A DNA stretch of 64,000 bases from Marsupella aquatica (taxonomy: Eukaryota; Plantae; Marchantiophyta). Numbering within the stretch: position 1 is the stretch's first letter; the number at the start of each line of letters is the position of its first letter. The translations under genes and the position numbers were made by a program. Below are positions 51,480-62,492 of the stretch, one piece after another. Where the stretch lies: contig OZ316894.1 of NCBI GenBank assembly GCA_973895155.1, positions 8,022,234 to 8,086,233 of the forward strand, read 5' to 3'. A model generated the notes under the pieces. That model did no database searches, was not told the DNA's origin, and saw only the letters and a list, made by a program, of their open reading frames with translations.

Positions 51480-52320
51480 GTGTTGATCATGGAGCTCTAC
51501 AATGAGCTCTGGAAAGAAAGGAATGCACAGGTGTATTCCCACTTCCTGGGATATCTTCCTAGCTGGGTTATCCTGAAGAAAACTAGTGAACATCTCAAAA
51601 GCAATGATCTACAGGAGCAGGTCTGATAAGAAGTCCCGGCAACTTCAAAGCAACACAGACAAACTTGACTTTATTCTGAGGCCATGGGCAATGCTGGAGG
51701 TTCCCACTGCCATGAACACAAGTTCATTATGAGTGTTAATTCTCTGAGAACTAGATACGGTTACATCTCCAAATGGTTACATCTCTATCTGCATGACATT
51801 CAGCAGCACAGCAGGAGTCAACCAACTCCCTTTGAATACCGAGTCAGGGTGGCAACCACAGTCAGTGCTCCTCTAAGGAAGCACAGGAATAAAAAATTTG
51901 CCTATACTGCTTCTAAGCCGATTAGAGAGAATTGGAAGAATAACCACAGACAACACATTTGGGACTGCCCCAACCTCCAGTGGCACTTTGAGAATTATTT
52001 AGACCAGTGGTTCCTTGGGATACACTGGCCGGATTGATTGTGATCTTTCTAGGGTTTTCCCCCTGTTGGGGACTGTTGCCCTCTCCTTTGTGGCCCTTGG
52101 ATTGGGTGGATCGATTGCAATCTTTCTAGGGTTTTCCCCTGGTGGGGATTGTTGCCCTCTCCTTTGTGGTCCTTGGATTGGGTGGATTGATTGCAATCTT
52201 TCTAGGGTTTTCCCCCTGGTGGGGATTGTTGCCCTCTCCTTTGTGGCCCTTGGCTTGGGTGGGTTTTGCCCCCGGCTTGCTATAAAGCTTTTATTTATTA
52301 AAATAAAAAGCAGCAAAATT
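51480..52320 (+). mobile_element. LINE (L1-type) 3' fragment with tandem-repeat 3' UTR and A-rich end
   Basis: The peptide LYNELWKERNAQVY resembles the W..WKERN..F motif at the C-terminus of plant L1 ORF2. It ends in the A-rich taaaataaaaagcagcaaaa at ~52300-52318. Confidence 0.55.
52031..52263. repeat. Tandem repeat, 3 x ~76-77 bp
   Basis: ggat.gattg..atctttctagggttttcccc(c)tg.tgggga.tgttgccctctcctttgtgg.ccttgg.ttgggt starts at 52031, 52108 and 52184. Confidence 0.95.
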
Positions 52321-54547
52321 ATGGCCTTGGTTTCACACTTGGCTTAAAGAGGTCTGCATGCGATAAAAGAAAATGCAGACGATTGAATAAAAGAGTGACA
52401 CATGGCTTGCTCCAAGGCAGTTTTCCCTTTATTAAAAGAAAGTGACACGGAGGATTGCAAAAACCAATATAAAATACAAAATTCACCAACAATAAGTGTG
52501 AATATGATACACACAACAGAGAAGCCGCTCCACCCTTCTGTAAAGCGGTTTAGCGAGCATGAGTCATCGTACTCTTGCGAAAAGATATGCATGGCATGGG
52601 TGAAAAGGTTTCAAAATGAAAGGCAACATAAAAACTTCTTTGTGACAAAACTCAGTGCAAAAACTTTTCAAAAATTTCCTTGAAAGTTGGTCTAAATTCC
52701 ATCAAAAGTTACAACTGAACAACACAATTTATGTTCAAAGGTTTTGGGTTGCCTTTGAGGCCAACAAAACCTGCAAAAATCATCCAAACTTTTTCCTAAA
52801 GGCGTATGAAAAGATATGCAACATTTATATTTATGTGCAATAGGAGAGTCTTCTCAAAGCTTCAAAATTATGGAGGATAGCATTTGACCATAAACTAATG
52901 GTCATAATTCTTTCCCAAGGTTATGTAAATTTATTTTTTGTTTTTCCTGTCACTCGCCTCTAGAGTGATTGATGGTAACTGCATAAGACAAATCCTTCTG
53001 GCAAACAGCCATGGACATTTTGTGTCCATAATTAGTAACTATGGAGTTATGGTCCATCACATTGTCAGCTTATGGTTTACTCCAAAGTTAGCTTAAAACA
53101 CAAAGCATAAATACAGATCTAAAATCTGGGGAAAGTCCTATTTTACAGGTTGAGAAAGTCATAAAGTTGCTCAATATGAAGGGAAGGTTCCATCAAAGAG
53201 ATCGAGAGAGGCGCACAAAATCTACAGTAGAGGAATCCCAGAGTAGATCTCTCGAGAAGTAAACGACTCAACGGGCTACAAATAAAGCTACTGTAATCTG
53301 CATGAGGTCAGCATTTGTGCCCTATCAGTCCGTGGCTCACGTCTTTTAACTCAAACCCTTTTGGCCTCCAGCACACTTGGGGAAAATCTTGTACAGTAGT
53401 TGCCACCTACGTTACATAGAAGCATACAACACAATTGACAGTATTTTGGCAGTTTACCTTAAGTAACGACAACAAGAGAGGCAAAGAAGGGAAACGAGGA
53501 CGTGTTTCAGACATTGAGTGTTCCAGATTTCTTCTGTGAAAGAGAACCCGACCACAGCAAGCCCCATAATTTGCTTGCAGGTAAATTTTAAAAAACCCTG
53601 ATTGCCATAGAACGAAAAAGGCCAAAACTCGATAATCATTAACTTGTGTTTGTAGTTGGCTTCTTCTGGCCCTTTGTCAGTAAAGCGGTACAATTCAATA
53701 TGATTGTTTTATTAGCCTCAACCAGTCACTCGTCCTTTTTGTATAGTTCACTCGCTGATCATGATTTCCTTACGTTCCTCGCTTGTTCCTTTTCTCAAAC
53801 AAATGATCTTTGAAATCTGAGAACTTGTGGTAGAATGGTGAATGATGTTCCCAGAAACATCATCATCCCACTAAAAGTCCAGAGCCAACTCTAAAAATCT
53901 GGGTACTGACCACATAATGTCTGCAGGACAACGTGCACGACGAACGAGGGAAAAGAAACGGCGGAGAGAACGTCAGCAACAAACTTACGGTCCTGTGGCA
54001 AACTGGCAACCTGACAAGTCCCTTTGTCTCATGGACTTTACTCCCACCGCTTTGAGTACCGTAGTGACTGGACAGGATTCGAACTCAGGATCGGTTTAGG
54101 ATGATTCAACAGCCCTTACGATGGACGTGGTCACTTTATGGTTACGTAAACAGAGGATCTAACGGCGTTGTGTTGTGGCCTCGTTTGAGGTGATCACTGG
54201 GCCGTAGATGGTTCTCATACTGCGAAACGTGGGAGGCAAATTTCGGCGCCGACAGAGACGTGACACTTCAGCGTTATCTAACGGCCCTTGCGGAGCAGCC
54301 AGTTCCGGGGAAGAGACTTAGCCGTAGATGATTAATGTAAGACAAAAGAAATCATTGAATATGAAGTTGAAGCCTGGATTCACCCGGGCCCTGAACCATG
54401 CTATTTGGGATGAATCTGGCTTGTTTTAGAAGTAGGAAAACAAGAAGAAAATGTCTAATTGGTTGCTTAATCAAGTTGAGGACATCTTGAAACCCGTCTT
54501 ACTTCTGACAATCAGAACATTTCCAAACGTGATGAGAATTGAGTAAA

Positions 54548-54782
54548 AAATGATTTTGTGGAGAGGTCATTCAATGTCCTTTCTAACAAGCTAGAATATA
54601 ACCCAAATGAAGCTGTCGGATAGCTCATTCAATGCTCTTTGTAATGAACTAAAATGGGTGTTCAAATGATTTTGTGGAGAGGTCATTCAATGTCCTTTCT
54701 AACAAGCTAGAATATAACCCAAATCAATCTCTCGGATAGCTCATTCAATGCTCTTTCTTATGAGCTAAAATGAGTGTTCAAA
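54548..54782. repeat. Tandem duplication, 2 x 116 bp
   Basis: aaatgattttgtggagaggtcattcaatgtcctttctaacaagctagaatataacccaaat...ggatagctcattcaatgctcttt...taaaatg.gtgttc starts at 54548 and 54664. Confidence 0.93.
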
Positions 54783-55389
54783 CATTGGGGGGAAACTTTG
54801 AAGATATCATCATCGTCGATTGCAGTGCTAGTGTAGTGAGGGCTCCAGAATAATACCTCCCTTCTATCCGTCTGTCTGTAGGGCAAAAGAAGGGGCAGCA
54901 GGGGATACAGGCTGGTGGTAACGGGTCAAATGTCTCGAGGGGAAATCTGTGCAAAGGAATGGCTGGATCCTGATTGCTTTTACGAGGGCTTTACGAGAAG
55001 GAGAAGATATAAATTGAGAGGTCACTTTGTGTTTTACCATGCCTGACCCATAGGTCCACAATGGTCCCAAAAAAAGGTAGTCTAGTAATACCGTCCTGAC
55101 AATGTGTAGAAACAAGGAGTTCCTTTTCAAGATAACCCCTCAGCTTTGGCCAAATTTCATATGCGTCTTGTGGGACCCATGTGGTCTAAATAGGACTGGA
55201 GAATTTCCTGAGAAGTGATCTCTCAATTCAAGTACAGCTTCCCCGGGGAGGTCCCGGCTTTGGTTTAAATTTTTTTTTAAATAAACAATTCAAGTACAGC
55301 CAAAAATGTACCACTCATTACGGGTCCAGTTAGAGACTTTCGTAAATCTGAATTTTTTGTCAAAATTCCACGTCACCCCGTAAATATTC

Positions 55390-55655
55390 AGCCATTAGAT
55401 GGTTTGAATCGAACGATCTACATCCATTTTGTGTGTGAAGACTTGTGTGAAGGCTCGTGTGGCCTCTCAACTGAAAATGAGCTTTCATACCGTTAGATGT
55501 TATGAATCAAACCATCAGATTCATTTTGTGTGTGAATACTCGTGTGGTCTCTTAGCTCAAAAAGGACTTTTATACCATTAGATGTTTTGAATCCAACGAT
55601 CTTATTACTTTTGTGTGTGATGCCTCGTGTGAAGAGTAATGTCACTTCTCAACAC
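55390..55655. repeat. Degenerate tandem repeat, 3 x ~90 bp
   Basis: cc(a/g)ttagatg.t.tgaatc.aac.atc...ttttgtgtgtga...ctcgtgtg starts at ~55392, ~55490 and ~55575. Confidence 0.85.
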
Positions 55656-56159
55656 AAACAACTCTGTCAAACTAAACCTATCCATGCTTGGATGTTGACA
55701 TAACTAGATCTGTTTTTGTGCAGCTTGATATATATATTATGCCCTTTATGGTGCCTAAAGAATAAGAAGAACTTGGGCAATATGTGGGCTTTGAAAAAAA
55801 TCAATATTTGAAAAATCTTCAGGTTGGGTATAAAGTATATTTTAAAAGGCAATTTAATTGCAATAAAATAAATAAATAAATAAGCTTGGTAAGCAACATA
55901 TAAAGCATTCTCTCAACCTCTTGACGCCACACAAGTAAATTGGGAAAGAATACTAAAATAGAAGTAGGGGTGAAAGATCATGAGGAAGGTGAGGTGAACG
56001 GGGAGGTGAATAAGCGAGGGTTTGGTCATGGGAAGCTTACATTGAAGTTTAATGCAAGGATTATTAAGATGTTAACATGTGGAAGGGTCTAGTTATGAAA
56101 ATATTGTTTTGAAATGGTATTGAATGTTAGATTTTTGGAATGTAAACTCTAGAGTATTA

Positions 56160-56692
56160 TAACCTTGTTTTTAAGTTACAACTTGTCAAACAATACTCAA
56201 ACCCTTGAATACATGTGTACCAATTGCCTTAATTTATGACCTTATTGATTTTAAAGTTACAAATGGGGTCAAACATTATAGCGACCCTTGTAGATGTGTG
56301 TACCAAAATGCCTTGACTTGTAACCTTCCCAGATAACCTTATTAATTTTGATTTTGAAGTTACAACTAGGGTCAAACAGAACACTAGCCCTTGTAAATGT
56401 GTGTACCATGTAGTGTCTTAACTTGTAGTTACCTTATATTGATTTTATAAGTTATAACTGGGGTCAAACAGTACACTGACCCTTGCAAATGTGTGTACCA
56501 GGATGCGTTAACTTGTAACTTTATATTGATTTTGAAGGTACAACTGGGGTCAAACAATACACCGACCCTTGCGGATGTGTGTAACAGAATGCCTTAACTT
56601 GTAACCTTATATTGATTTTGAAGTTATAATTGGGGTCAAACATTACACCGACCTTTGCATATGTGCGTACTATAGTTTATTGCCTTAACTCG
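56160..56692. repeat. Tandem repeat, ~6 x 80-97 bp
   Basis: The unit ccttatattgattttgaagttacaactggggtcaaaca.tacac.gacccttgc..atgtgtgtacca..atgccttaacttgtaa starts at ~56163, 56240, 56337, 56432, 56519 and 56605. Confidence 0.92.
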
Positions 56693-57767
56693 AATAATAT
56701 GATATGCACCTTATAATTATAGTACCTGATTGATAGTAAACTTAAGTGAATAACTTTAGGTACAAAGAGCTAACTTCTCCATTTTTGGAATCCAACAAAG
56801 GGCAAATTTCACTTTCTGAATATGTAATGTGCTAAGATAATCATAACAATATGAAACACAATTACCAAAGACTCATCTACCTACCAAGAGCATTGCTTTT
56901 TACAAAGAAATTGCAAATTATGAATACTTATAGTTTAATTTGTTAAGATTGCATAAATCTATTGTGTTGATTCAAATAGAAGCTCTAAGTGTTGTGGTAA
57001 ATAATTAATATACTTATATTTGCACAACCATATATAATAATGCTATAAATTTTTAGCTTTTCTGATAATTTATTTGAAAATAAACACTATTATGATAAAT
57101 ATAACATGTGTGAAAATTAGATTTTAAATTATAGATAGTCCATGCTTGATTTAGCTTTATGAGTGAACAACTTTAGCAATCACACTTATTCAATGGGGAA
57201 AAAAGAGAGAAACAAACCTCTATTTCAAGCTTAGATGATAGCTTGGGGTTGTTTCTTAGTGATGCCAAAATTTGTCTACAAACTCACACAAATTTGCTCA
57301 TGTCAATTGAATGGACAAAATACCAAGTCACTTCACAAATAAGAAATAAACACAAATTCTAGTCATAAAAAATATGCACTAGTATAAACATTTACCTTGA
57401 TGGTAGTCACCATGAGAATCTTTAAAAAAATCTTGGATGCCACTTGAGTGTAGCTCCCCCGGGCCTCATTCAAACATATTCCTTGAATGCACACCAAAAA
57501 AGTCATAAGCATAATCTCAAACTCACTTGCACATTCAAGAATAGCCAATTATTCTCAAAACATTAAATTATTCTATTATTATAAATCTCTACAAAAATAA
57601 GGCTATGACTTTCTATTGATTAGTAAAACATATATTTAAAAAACAGAAATGAAATCAATATGTTTCTCCTCTTATGAAGGTGGCTATATATAAAGTTACT
57701 CTCTTCCCAACATGATCATTATGATTCTACGAGATAAGTAATCTCATCACTTATCAGTCACTTTCAT

Positions 57768-58301
57768 CAGTGTACCTGATATCAGCTGTCACCTCATCTC
57801 AGAGAGGCCGCTAAGTTGTGATGCGAAAAAGAAAAAAAATGAAGAAAAAAAAATTCTTGAATTTTTCTTCAAAATTTGAAGAAAAACTTTTTTTTTTCAA
57901 ATTTTTTTTGCCATGAGACGTCCGTACCGTACGGACACCTATCTCGACGAGCCCAGCCGAGATGGGAAAAAAATTTCTGAATTTTTTTTTCAAAATTTTT
58001 TTTTGGGAAAATTTTTGGTATTTTTTTTTCCACATTTTTTTTCGGTCCGCCCCATCTCGGCAAGGCCAGCTGAGATGGGGAAAAATTTTATTTTTATTTT
58101 TTTTCAAAATTTATTTTTCCGGGAAATTTTTTGGTTTTTTTTTTTGGGATTTTTTTTCGGTCCGTACATCCATCTCGGCGAGGTCAGCCGAGATTCAATC
58201 AACCTCAGTTGCCCAGCTGAGATGAGCTAAAGTTTGAAGGCCCTATCTCAACTCCTCAGCTGAGATTCTAAAAATTTTGAGATAACTGATATCAGCCACT
58301 G
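57768..58301. mobile_element. Putative non-autonomous TIR element with poly-T spacers and repeated ATCTCG(G/A)C...CAGC(C/T)GAGAT modules
   Basis: The ends CAGTGTACCTGATATCAGCTG and TGAGATAACTGATATCAGCCACTG are imperfectly inverted. Three internal GC hairpin modules are separated by T-runs. No TSD was seen. Confidence 0.45.
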
Positions 58302-61199
58302 ATAATTGATGATGTTGTGTACCCCTGATTCTACACTTATGGGTTTTTTCTTTGTTTCCATTTGCCGGCCATTAAAATTGATGAGAATTTTGTTTTTGTC
58401 CTTACTAGACAAATCATGATGAATAAAGTACATTTTCCAAACAAAAAGTAAACTGTCTCCCCATAAAACAATTAAAAAACCAATGCTATGAATAGTTTTT
58501 GAGTTTATGAATTTGTTTTCTAGTGATGTCAACTTTTATTATGCAAATTTCAAATACTTTTAAAAACATCTCATAATTTTATAGACAAGTCCAATGCGTA
58601 GTTATCCATTGCACAAAAATGTTGCGAGACAATGAAGTGCAGGTGATTGCCTAGCTCCTTGCCTCCAAGATAGTTTGTTGCTCACCCTTGTGATGAATAA
58701 TTTGTCACTCGAACAAACGAGGTGATGACTATAGTGAGGAGTTGCAATGTGAATCACACAGAGAGGTGAAAAGAACTTGAGAAAGGTGAAGACAAACAAA
58801 TGATGACAATATTATGTACCACGCTAAAAGCTCCTTCCAAATTCTTGAGAGTGTATTTGTGCACATCATAGAGTTTTGGCAAACTTGATGACTAGGAAAG
58901 ACCAGGAAAGAGAGCTAGTAAAACAAACAAATACAATATTACCAATGTGTAAAAAAATTGAACTGGACCCACATACTAGTTGATATCATGATATGTGAAC
59001 CACTCATTTTATATGAACGGTTGTAACTGTAATGAATTTTAAAAGCAAAATCTTGGGAAATGAGAAATCATTTTGATCATCCATTTGGACCGTCCATGTG
59101 GACGGTCGCACTGAAATCCATAAGCAATTCTTGGAAAATGGAAAATTAATTTTGTCCAGTTTGATTCATCCATTTGCATGTTGTAATTCTTGGAAAATAA
59201 AAAGTCAATTTTGTCCTTCTCCTTATTGTAAAAGCCCCCATAGTCTCCCCAAACCCTCATGGAGTGTTTTCTCATTTGCAATTGCAATAGTTGGATGTGA
59301 TTTACATTGAACCATGTCTAAGTGTAGGATTTAGAGAAGACACCACAGGCCAACACTGTGATATAAGTGCATGAGACATCATTTATGCACTTATTCATAT
59401 GTATAAAGTTTGCTCTATGTGATAAATGCATGGAAAATCACTTATGCACTTCCTTGTTGTGTTGTCCCATTACACACTTTGACACTTCTCATACTCTAAG
59501 TCCTCATATTGCACATTTCAGTTGGATAATTAATCCGTGGACCCCCATGTTATTTTAGAGACAGTTGTCTAGAAACTGAAGCCTGGATGGATCTCCAATT
59601 CTAAAGAAAAAAATTTCAAAAATGTACAAGTCAATGTTTGATTGACACTTGAAACATTTGCCAAGTTTACCAAGGTAACCATAATCAACATCAATCACAA
59701 AACTAGTTGTAGTATGAACTATTGTCACACTCATTGGAAAGTTAGAGAACATTGGAAACTTATAATCTACTCAAAACTCAACTAAATCTATCAATGTTAA
59801 GTTCATTAAAAAGCTAAAGAAATTTTACAATTCATAATCTCCTTACTACTCAATAAAATCTGTCAATTTTAGGTTCATTATAATGGAAGGGGTCAACATT
59901 TAAGGGGTTGTACAATAAAGATTTCTATTCATGTTAGAGATTATAAAATCATGGGAAAAATTTATTTTTCAAATTACTTACTCAATTCTTATTGAAAGGT
60001 GATAGTGCTGAGCTCATTAGGACCGTTGCTTCAAGATCTTTCCAACGCCATATTATACATGAGTTTTCATTATAATTTGACTTAGTAATGTCAAATAAAA
60101 ATTGCTGCCGGGAAAATTTCATGCTTTGAATAAAAATCAAAATGTAAATAAAATCGTTACTGAGAGCAATTTTACCTCAATCTTTTTGTCTTTTGATTTG
60201 TATGTCAGTTTTTTTTACATTTTTTTAATGGCATGGTGTCCCAATTTTTATAGCAAAGTTGCCACAAACATGAATACATAAGTTAGTTATATCCAAAAAC
60301 AAGTCTCTTCCTGATTGCAACATGCCATAATGATGTGGCGCGCTGTGGAACCAGAAATTTTGGTAATTACATAAAACTACCTTATGTGATATGTTGTTGT
60401 ATTTACAAATAATGATTCTTATTGGTTGACGTTCAGTTCAGATATGTGTTGGGGCCTGAAAATGACTCCAAATCTTTTTTCTGCACATAGATTTCTTTGC
60501 ATACACATATGATTTTGTAAAATATAATGTACAATACTAAAGAGAGGATATTGGTAACAGTTTAACTTTTGTGAACAAACTTCTTTGGTCACTGGCCTGG
60601 TGTATATATTGTCGATAAAAATATGTGTACCTTTATAGACTTAAATGCATTCATATAGTTGTCATATAGTGCCAAAAGTTTTTCTTTTAGTGAGAGTTAA
60701 CTTGCTTTTTTTTTGGTGCATTTACAATAAAAATATAGTCAAAGTAGACCTGCGCTTAATGCAAACTACTTGTTTAGTGCATTTACAAAGCAAATTCTTG
60801 TAATTTTCGGGGAAGACATGGTTAGGGTGCACTAATACACAAATAACCAAGGTGCACTTTATACAAGGTTCATTCATTCATTGTATCCTGGTTGTAAAAA
60901 TACGTCCAAGGATATCGTCAAATCATTGCCGGTCCAGCAGAGTATCTTTTCCCAGGAGGAATTTATGCGGTGTAGAGTGTAGGATGGCCGATTTCGGCTG
61001 ACACGGATACGCAACGGACCGCACAGGTGCGGAACCTTCCCAGACCATTCCGTCCAGCTTCGGTTCGGTTTGGTTCGGTTCCGACCCTAAATTCTCCTCT
61101 CCTTCCGGTTCCGCAAGATTCTTCTTCATTCCTTCGTTCAACATTCGTCATTCGTCATTCGTAGAGTTTGCGTCAATCAATTACGAAAGAGGAAGAGGG

Positions 61200-62492
61200 A
61201 TGGCACCGAATGTGGACATGACCGTGAGGTGGAGAGAAAAGACTCGAGAGAAGGGACAGGAAGAAGAGAGTGGAGAGATTATTGCAGGAGAAATTGCGGG
61301 AGGAGAGGATTCCGGTGGAGCCTCCAAATGTTGAAGGAAGCTCAGCGCAAGGACAGGCGTCTGCGTCTTATTAGAATTCTGGGAAGTCGAATTCGATCGA
61401 CATCGTTTGTACCGTAGTGGAGACGATTGGACAGCCTCTCGCCGTCTTATTAGAATTGGACATCTTTAGAGTGGGCGAGAGATTGGACAGCCTCTCGCTC
61501 TCGGCGGTTCTAGGCAAAATTGGTGGATTGATTGATTGATTGATTAGACGGCCCAGTATGTCGTCATCGACTTGTAGAGCAGAAGGACAAGAGAGCGGCG
61601 GGGACATAAGTAGGGCGAATTTGTATTCCTTCGAGGTGCGGAACAGTGCTACGTAGCAGTGTGTTTAGGGTGCTTGTGTCAATTGGAACGGTTGATTGTT
61701 GAATTGCGAACTTGTTGGTAGCTTGTTTCTCCGTGCGCGTTTTGGTTTCGTCGAGCGGGTCGTCTAGTTACTTCTCTGCTTGCTTTTGAGAGGGGGCTTT
61801 ACCTGTGTGTGCGTGATGTCATCTTTGCTCTAACGAGCGGCTTATCTGTCTATGTACGTTTCTCGTTTAACGAGCGCACTGTCTGTACGCGTTTGTTTGT
61901 GCTGTTGCAGTCAGCCGCGGCTCATCTCTGTGGTATTATGAGTTTCGGTTTCGCGGAGCGGGTTAACGCTCTGTGTGCGTTTCTGTTTTGCCGAGGGGGT
62001 CTGGTTACGTACGCGTGAAGGATGAGAGCACTGCGGGGCAGGGAGGACGTTGTCTTTCCTTCCACTTCATAATTGAGTGGTGACTACAGTGGCGGGTTCT
62101 CTGTCTGTATTCGTTTTTGTTTACGGAGGGCTGAAGGATGATGTCATTCGGGGCGACGGTGTCTTTCCTCCTGCTGTACAATTGAAAGGGACTTCGAGGA
62201 GTTTGTGTTCCGTTGTTGGTTGTGGTTTGGCGCTAGACTTCTCTCGGGTGATTGGGCCTGGGAGAAAGGAAAAGAGAAAGAGAAAAATAGTTGTTCAATT
62301 TTTTTAATTTCCTCCATAGTTTTTTAGGTTAGGTGAATTACGGTCCTGTTTCTATCCCCCCAGGGCGCTGAATTGGGGGCTGGAAATTGACGCTGGATTG
62401 AATTAGGGAAGAGGCAGCAGGTGCCTGATTCTTATGCAAGGGTGTGTTTCAAACTGATTGGTTGATTGATTGAGAGGGAGAAGGAGAGAGAG
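61200..62492 (+). promoter_or_regulatory. Probable long, intron-containing 5' leader of ATG11 with several upstream ORFs
   Basis: Candidate intron 61610 (GTAGGG) to 62363 (CCCCCCAG). ATG-initiated uORFs at 61200-61334, 61328-61417, 61558 onward and 62434-62457. The TSS is not determined. Confidence 0.45.

Noticed and set aside
52015-52347. Hydrophobic repetitive 110-aa ORF (and its antisense partner 51999-52316)
   Set aside because: It arises from the 77-bp tandem repeat, and the unit length is not a multiple of 3.
56160-56692. Regularly spaced hairpin-containing repeats resembling a CRISPR array
   Set aside because: The whole unit is repeated with no unique spacers, there are no cas genes, and the context is eukaryotic.
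57811-58230. Lys/Phe-rich ORFs
   Set aside because: They are translations of poly-A/T tracts.
58600-59560. Possible transposase remnant in AT-rich DNA
   Set aside because: No convincing DDE or other motif could be read in any frame.
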